NCBI GenBank assembly: GCA_904063045.1 | Contig: CAJFCJ010000023.1 | Coordinates: 434,001 to 498,000 of the forward strand | Origin: Dimorphilus gyrociliatus | Taxonomy: Eukaryota > Animalia > Annelida | Reading direction: 5' to 3' | DNA: 64,000 nucleotides | In this document: positions 12,860 to 25,400 of the stretch, piece after piece | Layout: each line of letters begins with the position of its first letter | Numbering within the stretch: the stretch's first letter is position 1 | The notes under the pieces: model-generated | What the model saw: only the letters and a program-made list of their open reading frames with translations | Told to the model about the DNA's origin: nothing | Databases searched by the model: none | Position numbers and translations under genes: made by a program

Positions 12860-13629
12860 TATAAATGTATATGATGTGCATGTATATATATATAGATATA
12901 TATAATTTTGCACACATACATTCATTAAGTACAATAAAGAAAATACACAGTATCTACAATATATGCTGTATATTAATCTATTGTACACAAGAATATATTC
13001 TATTTATGAAAACTGGTTTTTGTTTGGAATCACAACGAATGAAGTTGATCACTGACAAACTCTTTGATATTCATTTATATACATATATATTTATATACAT
13101 ATATATATATATCAACGATATATTTTGCTGTTTGGTTATTGAGATCGATTTCATTCTGCTCTATTTTATAATTTGTTTAACTTAATTTATCTTCAATTTT
13201 ATTTCCACCAGCTAAACCTATACATGTTTGCTTTTCCGCTATTTCTTTTTCATAGTTTTATCTCTTTTCACTTGGCTTTTATAAGAGATAAAATTGAGAT
13301 TGGAATCAGTGGAAAGACTTTATTGTTTTCAAAACCGCTTGCTCTCCTTCATTTTTCATTTTCTTTATTTCGCTGCTTGTATCTCTCTCTCTCTTTCTCT
13401 CTTTTTCTCTTGATCTATCTCTTTAGCTATCTGCTTCTGTAATCGTTCCATGATTAAATTAATAATTTAAAAAGAATAGCGCTAGATAAAATAATAATAA
13501 CAGGCGCGCAGCTTGAACGCCAGACGCGCAAAGTTATCTACCTAACGCCGCGACAGTTGCGTCAGCTGATTATCCGGCTTCAGAGTCGAGGCAAAATAGT
13601 TCGTACGATCGGCAAACGTTCTTTTGCAG

Positions 13630-13781
13630 TCGACAAACGCCGCTTGTTCGTCGGCAAGCGTCCTGATGATTATGCAGAAGATTGGCGAAAGGAAGAGAAG
13701 AGGGCTAGACAAAGGCTATTTGTCGGTCGTAGACGACAGTTATTTGTTGGCAGAAGGAGCGCTGCGGACGACATCCAGTAG
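13630..13781 (+). CDS. FVamide-type neuropeptide exon (RLFVa, ARQRLFVa, (R)QLFVa)
   Basis: cgttcttttgcag| phase 1 gives VDKR-RLFVG-KR-PDDYAEDWRKEEKR-ARQRLFVG-RR-RQLFVG-RR-SAADDIQ-TAG. Three LFV-Gly repeats with dibasic sites. Perfect donor GTGAGT at 13783. Confidence 0.9.
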
Positions 13782-14285
13782 AGTGAGTTTTAGCGAAAAT
13801 TTCTATGTCAAATCATCCTTCTTAACAATGGAAAGGGAAGCGGAGTTTGATACGAGTACTAAATCTTTTTAGCAAATTTGTTATTAGTAAAAAGAAGAGC
13901 AATCTGAAAAGTCTTTATATTAAAAGAGGAGGTTACTCTCACTCATAAATACCTTTTATTAAACATTCATCACACTAAATGGAGACTATTATTAGATTGG
14001 CTTTTCAATTGAATAATTTGTCCACAACTAAGAAGGATGGTTTGACGCGCATTACGGCAGCTTTTTATAATGCGCTGTTCCTTTCTTTCAAAAGCGCTTG
14101 GCATGCGCTTCTATAAATTTATTATATATGAATACACAACAGTATATACTGTATATAAATTAAAGTATATACGCAACTCTACAGATATTATTTTCACTCC
14201 TCTATGCTGTTTACGGCCTAGAGATCATATGTAATAGGTACAACTAATCATGTTCCTTTCGTACTAAACAATTTCATTTCGGCAG

Positions 14286-14440
14286 AAGAAAATCGCCTCT
14301 ACCGCCCAATCCTCAATAGATTCAACAAGCGATTCGATGAATTTCTAGGAAAACGCTTTTCAGAATTTATGGGAAAGAAGAAACGATTTGGTGACTTAAT
14401 GGGCGGTAAAAAACGCTTTTCGGAATTTATGGGTCGTTAA
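14286..14440 (+). CDS. TRH-type (EFLGamide/EFLamide family) neuropeptide exon, not in ORF track
   Basis: atttcatttcggcag| phase 1 gives EENRLYRPILNRFNKR-FDEFLG-KR-FSEFMG-KKKR-FGDLMGG-KKR-FSEFMG-R-TAA. Repeated F-x-E-F-(L/M)-G units with basic cleavage sites. AATAAA at 14512. Confidence 0.9.
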
Positions 14441-16422
14441 TTAACATTGTAAAAATTAACAAGTGTAAAAATAAGTAGAAAGGAAAAATATGAAAAAAAA
14501 ATGTTATGATAAATAAAAGAGAAAATTCTGTTTGTCTTAAACGTTTAGTTAAAAACAAAAGCAATTCAAAAAATTTCTTGTCTGCAAAGAATAAAACTTT
14601 TATTTGTGTGCAATAATTGAAAATAATAACATCAACAAAACAAAGAAATGATAAGGAATCATCTATGTAAAATATGTTTTTATCAATTCACTTTACTTAC
14701 TTATAATATTAATTTTTCGTGTCATGACTATTAAAGAAAATTGAATATTTCTTAGGTTCTTAGCTGCTATATATTCTAATATATAGATTTTTTTTTTTCA
14801 TTAACAAACATAATGCAAAACTTAATGGAAAGCAATTTGTTTTTCAACATGCTTTTCCTTCTTTCTTTTAGTGAAAGCATTTAAAAAAAGTCATCTTCTA
14901 GATATTAAATTTTCTTATAAAAATGACTTTCTTTCCGGTTTTTCGTAACTCTATAAGACAATTCGTAATTAATAATAGGATCATGTGGCAAATATCTTTA
15001 AAGTTATATTAATAGCTGGTTATTAAAACGAGAAAAGAAAACAGTAGACCATCTTGTTATGCATTCCTTAGTCTTGTAAGTTTCTTCTTCTTGTTTTTCT
15101 CTTTCCAGCATTCTTTCGTTTATAGGGAACAATGGATATCGCTCCTCTTTCCCTGCTTCGTAATTGTGGCATATTCATGTTTTAACGCTGTTTACATATA
15201 TTTATTGACCAATTTGAATAGCTATAGAGAGGGTGGGCAGTTATTTATCCTATTATGGCAGATTATACATTATCTACTAATGGTAGTAGCTAAGTGACTT
15301 GGAGAGGAGAAAGAGTGGGAGTAGGATAAAGGAGAAAGAACAAAGAACTTTTATAAAAGAAAAAAGAGAACGCGACGGTGAGAAGGAATTAATTAAGCGA
15401 TCCGCTTTTCCGCTATAGTAAATAAAAAAATAGATAAGAATTATCTTGATAATCGTTTGGCGGAAGCTCGTTACTAGTTCATCCCTAGTAAGCAGTTTTT
15501 CTTATGATAAACATCTATGAATCTGTGTTGTATAAAACTTGAGGATGAAAGAAAATAGAATGTAAATATTTACGTAAGCTGTATATCGCTTGCATTAATT
15601 ATGCATTGAACGGCTGTTAATTTGTGGTGTAAGTATCTGTTTAAGGAAAGGTACAGTGATATTCTTGTCATCTTTTGTCGTTCCCACAGACCTCTACATC
15701 CTATTAGCCATCCAACTTGTTTTCAGGAATTGTTATATTATAGTAGTCGTTAACAAGGACCTCCTTTCTAACTTATTACTCCCAATTGCATTAGGACATA
15801 ACCTATTCCCCCTTTTTGTATGTGATATTATATATTGCCTATATATATATATACTGTACATATATATATATACTGTATATATGTGTACAGTATATATATA
15901 TATATGTGTGTATATATATTTATGTGTACGCATAAATCACTTTGTGCTCTTTTACTCTCTCTCTTTCTCTCTCTCTTTCTCTTCTTGATTTATTCAACAA
16001 AACTGTAAAGAGAAAACGTATGGTACTAAACAGTGAATATATGGGAGATGATTACTTCAATAGAAGAAATAGAAATTATATTATTGCTTGAATGTTTAAG
16101 TATTGAAAAATGTATGAAATCAAAACTGATCGTAACGTAAAGTAGCACGAATGTAAGTATCTGATGAATTATTCCATTAAGCATGACGTTGTTATACAAG
16201 CTAATCGTAGCTTTTAAATTATTAAAAAACATCTAAATATTTATATAGAAAGTTCTCAGAAAGTCTGTTTTATAAAATACAATATCAAAATTATTTTAAA
16301 CACTCATCTAATCAAATATATTGAATTTATCTTGTTAACCAACCTATGTTTTTCTCTCTTTTATTTTTATTGCACTTATTATTTGCTAAGTAGTCGGGAA
16401 GAGGTTGGGAGTTAGAGGTAGG

Positions 16423-16426
<4 letters not shown>

Positions 16427-16460
<34 letters not shown>
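16427..16460. repeat. (GA)n microsatellite
   Basis: Pure GA run. Confidence 0.95.
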
Positions 16461-16464
<4 letters not shown>

Positions 16465-19400
16465 AAGGGATATTACGAAAAGAAAGTAAAAACGAAAGCG
16501 TCACACGTCCAGATTACTGGAAATAAAGAGAAAAAAAAACAACAACAATTAATTAGTGAAACGAAGGCAAAACCGGTAAAAGTTTTCGCTTCTATGACTA
16601 AATCTGGCTATGTTAAACAGCTTTCGTTGCCTATAAAAGAGAGTAATTTTTTTTATAAAAAAAAAAGCTATGGGACGTCTTAATTGAATAAATTAATATT
16701 TTCTGTCGTTTTCCTTCTGATATTTGTTTCTTTAAAAGAGGGAAATGAAAGGGAATTGAAAACTATCCTATATTCCTTTTGGAATCTCTCACCAAGTTAA
16801 AGTTGAACTGGTAATAAAGAATATAAGATGTCTGCCTGAAAGCTACTTGAATAAAGGTATGAGTGGGGGAGGGCAGGTAAAGAGACAGAGTGAGTGAGAG
16901 AGTGTAAGAAAGAAAGAGACAGATGTGTAAATAGCCATATTAAAAACAGTCTTAAGAAGCCAAATATCGGCCTATGTTTAATTAAAGAACAGTCAATTCC
17001 TATAAATGAAATGTAATCATGATGTTGATCATTATCACTTCTGAAAGATCGTGACCGCGTGTGTTGCAGATCACTGATAAAACTGTGTCAAATAGCAAAA
17101 CAATAAGCGCAAATGGATTGTTATCGAGGACAGAAAATTAATTATTAGAAAGAACAAAATTGGACGAACGTCGTGCCTGAAAGGAAACTCGTGAATAGAG
17201 GAATTAACGCCCGCTGTATACAATATAGTTTTTTATATGCATAAAAAGGTATACAAATTGACTTTTTAATAGCCGTAGCAAATGTCCAATGGCTTCGAAA
17301 ACTCAATCAAAATTTAATAGAAGGTTGTCTTGAAGAGGTAAAACTTGTTTACATTTAAGATACATATATAGATATATACAGTATAAATTTATAAACTGTA
17401 TATGTATGTTATCAATTGTATATATTTATATATACTGTTAAATACAGTACAGTATGTGCCTTTCAATGTTCGTTTCATAAAAACTCGATTAAATTAATAA
17501 AAAACTGATAATTATCACGGTATCCCTATCATGTAAACAATTATAATATATATCATCTATATCTAATAATCAAGAAGTAAATTTCTTTCTATAGCGTACC
17601 TTGTCCTTAAAACAAACTTTAGAACAATAAAGGCGAGAAAAAATTGACTAAAACAGCGTCTCTCAAAAGGATAATGTCCTAAGAGAATATATTTTAAAAA
17701 TTCATGATTGGCACTTTGTTCGAAAGCGCGCCGGCAATCAAATAATTCACCTTTTGTCAACAAACTACTAAAAAGCAGCTTTCAGGTCGAATTCAGTGCG
17801 CGATCGTGCAGAATAATTAAAGGAGTGCACAAATTGAAATAGTCAAACTTTTTCTTAAATATAACTTTCATTCTACAAATGGAATAAAGTTATTTATATA
17901 ACGATATGTAAAAGGAAAAAGGTGACTTTTTTTTCTGTTCTTTATCGCTTCATTCATTTGTAAGGAAGAATTAGAATTCTTCTTGTCACAGTCGTGTTGC
18001 GCAGACTATTACGTGGAAAAGAAAGTGAATGAAACAATAAAAGAACGAAAAGAAAAGGAGGGAAAAGAGGATTACAGTTTCTTTAAATAGCTTCTTTTAT
18101 ATTTTAAAACTGTAAGTCTATCCCAAATTATTGGAATTTTGTCTAGACGTAAAAGATACGCGAACCAGATGGCGTTCACAAACAGTCTAGTCAAAAAAAG
18201 ACTATTAATTTCCTTATAATTTTTTTTTTCAATGATAATCTCTCAAAAAAATTGGCTTACGTAATTAGTTTTTCAACCCTTTTAATTTAATTATTCAACA
18301 AATAAATAACTTTTTATTACTGTTGGCTGATTGGCAAAATACTTTGTATACAACTTTATACATTTAGGCTATTCCTCCTACCTTCCTTTTTCTTTTCGTA
18401 TGATATTTCTAATGTATTATTTGTTAAATTTTACCTTTTCATCAAGACGGAATGGACGTTGAAAAAACTCTCTCTTGAGCGCAACTTAATTAGTTTATAT
18501 GTCATAAAAGTGTTAAAAATCCTTCTCCCCACTCCTCTTCAAATTGATGGAGAAAGCGGATAGGGGCATGTAGCACGAGGAATAAAACTACCTAGAACGG
18601 GAGTGAAGGAAATAGACAAAGAGGAAGATGTGAAAGACTATGAGGAAATTAAAAATTGGAGTAAATGAGTTTCTGGTTTACTAATATTAGTTGGTAATAA
18701 TTTGAAATTGATATATACATTTGGCAATAGGTGTAATAATTATCACCTAATACATATATATATATATATGGTATTTATATATATGTATATATATATATAT
18801 ATATATAGATCGATATAATTAGATGTGTAAAGCATATTCGAAAATTATTAATTTATATTAATGACGTCAAAGCTCAAATTTATATGATTTTTATTTATTG
18901 ATTAATCAAATTGTCTATTATTAGTATCGTTGCAGCATCCTTTTACCAGTTCTTTAGAAAAATAACTTTTAATGCTAAATACAGAAGTAAAGCTGACAAT
19001 TTCTTCACTTAACAACTTCATTAAAACAACAGTCAGTTAATCCTAAATAAAACTAACTAGGTGTAATCTTGTAATCTTTAATTATCTTTTATAGGTTTTT
19101 TCTATTTCCATCTTTATCTGTCTCTTTCTTTCCATTTCTATATATACACTACACTGTATATACATATACTATATATATATATACATATATGTATTTATAT
19201 GTTGTATATCTATCTATCTATCTATCTCCGTCCTTTACCCCCTACTCTCTTTCCTCTTTTCTATCAAACTTCCTTCGTGCTTTCAGTGAAGGTTCCTCAA
19301 CAGAAAGCAATCTTTTTGAGAACTTTTAGGTTTAATTACTATGGCAGCTAAATGAGAGGGCGGAAGTTAAATATTTTAAGTTATTTAGATAAGTCCCCTT

Positions 19401-22400
19401 TTAGTGTAATGCTTTTTTGCTTTCGTAATGTAAAAGTTTTTTTTCTTATCTACCAGAAATGAATAGAAATGTATATTATACAAAGTATTCTATAAAGAAT
19501 TCTATTTCTTTTCTCCTTTCAACAAATTGAAACTAAAAAAAGTTGAAAAGTTTATCTATGTTTTAATTGTATTTTTAATACTTAAATAAAGGTTCTTAAT
19601 AGAAAAAAACGTGATGTAATTAACTATACATTGAATAACAATAAATATACGTTTAGTAATTTATGCGATCATGAAGAATATCACGAAAACAAAAATATGT
19701 TTAGCTGTCATAATATAAAAATATATATATATATATTCTATATTCGATATTTTCAATAAAAAAGTAATAACGAATAGCTTTGTTTAGTCTTAACTCTCTT
19801 TAAACTTGTTAAGATAATTAAGTAATTCAATATGACTTCTCCTTTTCTTCAAATGTTCTGTAATAAAAAAGAAAGGAAAAGAATAGTGTATGGATTCTTA
19901 TTAGTTACCTTAGCCATTCAAGCAGACAAAAGAGAGGTGTGTTAACAATGCAAGTGAACTTTCTGAAATGTTTTTGATGAGGAAAGAGAAAGAAACTTTT
20001 AATTTTCACAAATAAAAAGTCTTAAAAAGCCTATAAAAGACTAATTAACTAGGAAACGACTTGCAAATTTATCTTATCTATTAGTAATTTAATTAAAGGT
20101 TTAAAACTGGAGGCGGTAATTGAGAGGTATATATTGTTACTCATTAGTCTTGACTTTTCATAGGACTCCAAATACGTTCTTTGAATATATTGTATTTAAA
20201 ATTAATATATTCTATTATAAGAAACCCACACAGAAATGTAATAGAGATGTTCATTTTATAGTCCTCTTTACTTTAAACGTTCATGAGAACGTTTAATGAC
20301 TCTGTGTAGTGTATTCGTAAATAGAGATATTTCATTTTGTTGGCAATAGATAGCAGCACCTGAAACAAAAGTAACTCCATCTAGTTCGATAGGGAAGAGA
20401 AATATGTTCTTTCGTACTATACTATATAACACATTGAGAATGCGATGTACAAGATACTAACTATGCTTTTCTATTTATTCCATTCTCGTTCGCTAGTATG
20501 AGGCGACATCTTCCTTAACTATCATAATATTACTTCTAAGGATGTGACTTTAACTGCTTTTCAGCCAATTGCTTTCTCGTTAGAAGGTAATAGAAGCGAG
20601 GCGAATCGTTCAAACAATCAATGATTTCTGTGAAGCACTTTTTAATTTGATTATCAATTAGACATTACAGTTTTCGTTAGAGAGGAAGAAGATTAGAGGG
20701 ATATACAAAGTTGGTTTTCTATACTTATTATTGCTTCTATCAAGAAATTTATAAAAGCTGAACGACTGGTAATAGAGAATAAATGGGAGAGAGAGAGAGA
20801 GAGTGAGTGAGACTGAGAGACTGACAGCGAAGCGGTAGTGAAAAAGAAAAAGAGACAGGATCTTTATTTTAAACTTTTATCAAGTAGAAAATATTATTTC
20901 ATACTAATTTTGGGTAAAAGCATTAAACGTATGAATGTTTAATTAGAAAGTCTTTCTTTTTAAGCGCTTGACCACACAAATGTTCTCAAAAGCTTATCCT
21001 ATAATATTTATAGATTTAGGTTTACGCCATGGCATATCGTTTAAGTCGATAGATGATAACTTTTTATTTATTACGAATTCGTTTTAGCCTAGGTAATCCT
21101 TATCATTTTTCTCCAGCTTCCTAACTAACATCCGATAGGCAATGACCCAATAACTGCCTTGATGGTTGAAACTACGACATCAACGTTGACGACACTGACG
21201 ACTGCTACGGTTGGGGCGGCGATGGTTGCGGCGGCGACGACGACAACGATGACGCTGACTGTGAGGGAGATGGTAAAGATGAGAACGACGATAGTAACAA
21301 TATTGAAACAAAATCATTCTCCCTTTCCTTATAATGTTTCCTTCATTCAATCTTAAAATTCCTGGAAAACTAATCAAGGCAAGCCATTTCGAATGTTTCA
21401 CGTTTTTAAACCATTCCCAATCGTTGTTAACCTTTTATGAACGAATATGATTAAGAAAGACAGGGGAAAAAATTTTAATCTCATGCAAATTATAAGTAAT
21501 TATCATCAGAAAGATAAACGACAAGACAAGATAGCACATCTACAACAGGTTAGGCGCGACCCTAATTAGAGACGCCGTTGCATAGGCAATAAATGTCGTA
21601 AAAAGCCCAGAGGAACGCTGCGAAAGCATCTATTTTTAGATGGTGTTTGTCGATTGCAGCTGGCTGTCTCGTTTTTCTCTGCTTCGAGATATTCTCATAC
21701 AAAAAACATATTTATAACTCTACAAATGGACAATTTTAAGCAGAAAAGCGTGTCCGAAGTGTGCTATCTTCAATTTTTTTCCCTTTAGCGTCTCATTTTA
21801 CTTCAAACTTTCTCGTGCGGCCGTCACTTTGAATAGATATCTTTCCAAAAAGATTTGATAGGGTTAACTTTGATTTTTAAATCCATAAGAAGGAGCTTTT
21901 TTCTATCAACGAAAACAATAAAAGGCCAGTGAGTGGATAGTGATTTTTTCTTAATGAAGATCGTTAGTTTAAAAGTTCTATTTCACTGTAAAGTACATAT
22001 ACTATACTATAATATACTATATATTAATATATATATGGGTGAGTGTATGTTTGTACGTGTGCATGTGTATATTTTCTTTATTTCTCTCTCTCTCTCTTTC
22101 TCATGTCTCTTTTCCTTCCTTTCTTTTTATTTATGCCCCTCTCACTTTCAAGCTCTTTCTCTCTTGATCCAAGCTAAGGCCCTATCCATATCATACCTTG
22201 GAGAAAAGGAAGAAAGTGAATAATGCGAAAGAGGGGAAAGTAAAAACAAAAGACTGCTTGCTAAATTTTTTTTTATATAGAAAATAATACGTGGGTTCTG
22301 GCTTTTCTTTTCACACGTAAAATGTCTTTTTTTTTACACTTTTCAAGTCCACAAACAGGCTATTTTTTGCTTTTAGTCCTCTAAAATTACATTATTTACA

Positions 22401-25400
22401 GCTAGTATGATTTCCCAACAGAAGCTAACTGCTCTTTTTTTCGAATATTAAATTTTATCACTTATCTCCTTTAACTATTACTCTTTATAAAAAGAGAAGG
22501 GAAAAGAGTGTAGAGAAGGAAAAAGAAGAGAGTCTTTTACAAGTTCAAATTGTAAAAAATATATCATTGGGGGAATTTTTCATGGTCTGCGCATCTTCGA
22601 CTCAATCAATAAAGTTGAATAATTAAGTAAACCTTTACGTGAAACCTCGTAAAATCCTACTTAGATACGTCTGAAAGTCTAATTATTTTAATTAACTTGT
22701 TTTCAAGGTTTCCCTGAGGCGATTTTCGAAAGTCTGAAGATCGATTGTTCTTTATTGTCTTAAGCCTGAGGGAGCTGTTTTCCGTCATCTAACCTTTAAA
22801 AAAATAGACAATTTAGCATTCCTTAACTAATATCAATTAAAATAAAATAGCCCAAAAGAATCGATCACTAATTCTCTACATTAATTATTGCGGAATCGCT
22901 TATTTATTTATTCATGAGTATTAATAATTATTACGTAATAACGAGATAAACGTCAGAAACGAGTCGAGATTAAAATTAATTAAAAATTAGGATTTAGCTT
23001 TGCGGGCGAAGGTTAGTACTAAAGAAAGGGACGGGAGGGAATAAGAAATGTTCAGAATTAGTTGAAGAGGAGAGGGGAATATATCGTTAAGATGTTTACC
23101 AAGCTTTTGATTTTTTTTATAACTTTATAAGAATAGATACTTTTTATAGAAACATCTAAAGCCCGAAGGTGATGCACGGATTAACCATAAGCATAAAAAA
23201 AAGAAAGGAGGAAGGAGGAATGAAAGAATGAGCGAGTAGAAGAGTGAGTGAGTGAGTGAGTGAGTGAGTGAAGGAGAGAGAGATGGGGGGAAAGGGAAAA
23301 GGGAGAAATACGACGGTTTTACGCTCGTCAACTGGCTAATTGTTAGTGTAAAGCGCTTATTAGACGAAATTGTGCGCTGAAAGTTTTTTCTAGTTTAAGA
23401 AATATTTTCCATTTTCTTTCTTTCTTTTTAAAAAGAAAAGAAAAGAAATAAAAAATGCGATTATTTATTTTTTATATGATTTCTATAAAAACTTAAAAAA
23501 AGGAAAAAAAACCCCAGAAAACAAGGGAAAATTAATTAAATTGATTCTTCTTCTCTCTCTTCAATACAAATTTTGCAGTTTTTGTATTAAAAAAAGGATA
23601 AGAAATTTGATAAAAAAAGTGTCGTGATTGTAGAGGAAAATATACTATGAACGCCATATAGACCATTTCTGCTTCCTTTAATTAGCTTGAGTGATATTAG
23701 CCTCAGTCCTTCTCATTTATGTTTAAGAACTCTTGGGAATTCGCAACGTTACAGGATTGATAGAAGCTTTTACTCTATTCCTCCTACAACCTATCGAAAT
23801 TTGTTGCATTTGACGGTTTATTAACTGATTATTGACTATTCAGGCATAATAACCCATTTGTAATCAGTTTAAATGAATAATAGTAATGGTAAAGAAATAA
23901 TCTCCAAGAACAAAGTGTAATTCACCTTTTTGCATATTAATTATGAGATAGACGGTCTAGTTTTTATGCTATTTCATAACGTTAATACAAGTTTAGAACT
24001 TTCTGCTTCAATTAATAAAATCGCATAATGAATACGAAATTTGTATCGTTTTCATCCTTTTTCAGAGACGACGAGAGAGCAGAAGAGAGGCAGAGAGAGG
24101 AGCGGTAAGTAGGTAATACGGTGCATATAAAATGTTTGGTATGACTCCATTGTAAGTTAGAACGTTAATTATTGATTGTCAAAATGAAACTTTAACAATA
24201 TAGCTAATTAATTATTACTACCTTTCTGTAAATATCTTTGGGCGACCTTTATAAGAGTTGTATGTTTTATCAAAGACTGGAAAGCGGCTACTGTCTATTT
24301 AGAACAATTAGCTGTATAAGAAGCATCTAATTGTAGTAATACAGAATACCATCTTCTTAACTTGATAATACAGTATGTTTACCACATTCAGAATAATACT
24401 AATACAAGTCTACCGGCTCTTGTTCCTTATTGAGGGCTTCATTCGTTGTATATACTTAATATAATTGCGTTTATAAAAGGGAAGATCGACGAAGAGCAGA
24501 ATTCATTCATTACCGAAAGCGTCTGTTCTGGATTTTTCAGTAATTCTGAAATTGCAGAGAAATTTACTCAGGAAACAATCACTTATTGATCACTCTAAAT
24601 GCCTGAGCAATCTACTAGGCCTATTAATATTTCCAGGTTGAGTAATAGTAGGGCTATTGATTATTGGATCCTTTTCCGATACTCTTGTTTTCTGTGTATA
24701 TAAAAAGGACAGTATTTTGTTAGAAGGTAAAAGAGTTCATTCATTCATTCATTTATTTATTTATTCATTCATTCATTCATTCATTCATGTTACCCTCTTG
24801 TTTTAGTGGTAATTTTAGTCGTAAGCTAATTAAAATGAAAAAATTTGCTCTAATAACAATAATTAATAATGAATTAATAGAAAAAGAATAAAAAATTATC
24901 AGCTAATACTTGATAAATTAATTCTTATTACGATAGTTTTATTATTTACTCACTTTTCCCGCGTTTTTTTCAATTCATTCTTCAAATTTTGCATGTAATG
25001 TTTCAAGCCTATTTTTCAATTTATTATATATAATACATTATAATATGTCAATGCGTAAGTGTGTTTGCATTTGTATGTGTACGTGTATGCGTACATGTGT
25101 AAAATGAGGAGAGAAAAAAAAGAGATTGTCGATAAATGCAATATGGTTGAAAAATTGTTTTTACTTTGTTTTTATTTTTTAACAATATATGATGGATAGA
25201 GATAGATAGATAGATAGATAGAGAGAGAAAGAATAAGTTAGCGGGAGAGACAGAGAAAACCAGACAAAGCCAAATATTTGTTTCACTCCTACTTAGTTGT
25301 CATTCTTTGGACGGATAAATGTCCTTCAAATGCTCTAACTTATGGTAATTCTTCTCTTTTTAGAGAGCTCGTGCAAATAATTACTCTACAAAGACTGTAA

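Noticed and set aside
13557-13629. N-terminal part of the 74-aa track ORF (MRQLIIRLQSRGKIVRTIGKRSFA) as the precursor start
   Set aside because: It starts at TTG and has no signal peptide. A strong phase-1 acceptor at 13629 joins cleanly to the signal exon at 11662, so this part is intron.
17563-17790. Minus-strand splice-site-like pattern and 66-aa ORF
   Set aside because: No consistent reading frame or recognisable product; at most UTR exons.
20273-20296. 10-bp perfect hairpin TTAAACGTTC-ATGA-GAACGTTTAA
   Set aside because: Isolated, AT-rich and too short for a miRNA or MITE; plausible by chance.
21170-21334. Asp/Gly/Cys-rich frame resembling thrombospondin type-3 repeats, and the overlapping Thr-rich track ORF
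   Set aside because: A degenerate GAC/GAT/GGC trinucleotide repeat with no start codon or splice sites for the Asp frame.
24480-24589. Coding-like frame GKIDEEQNSFITESVCSGFFSNSEIAEKFTQETITY
   Set aside because: Short, with a weak acceptor and no recognisable homology or partner exon.
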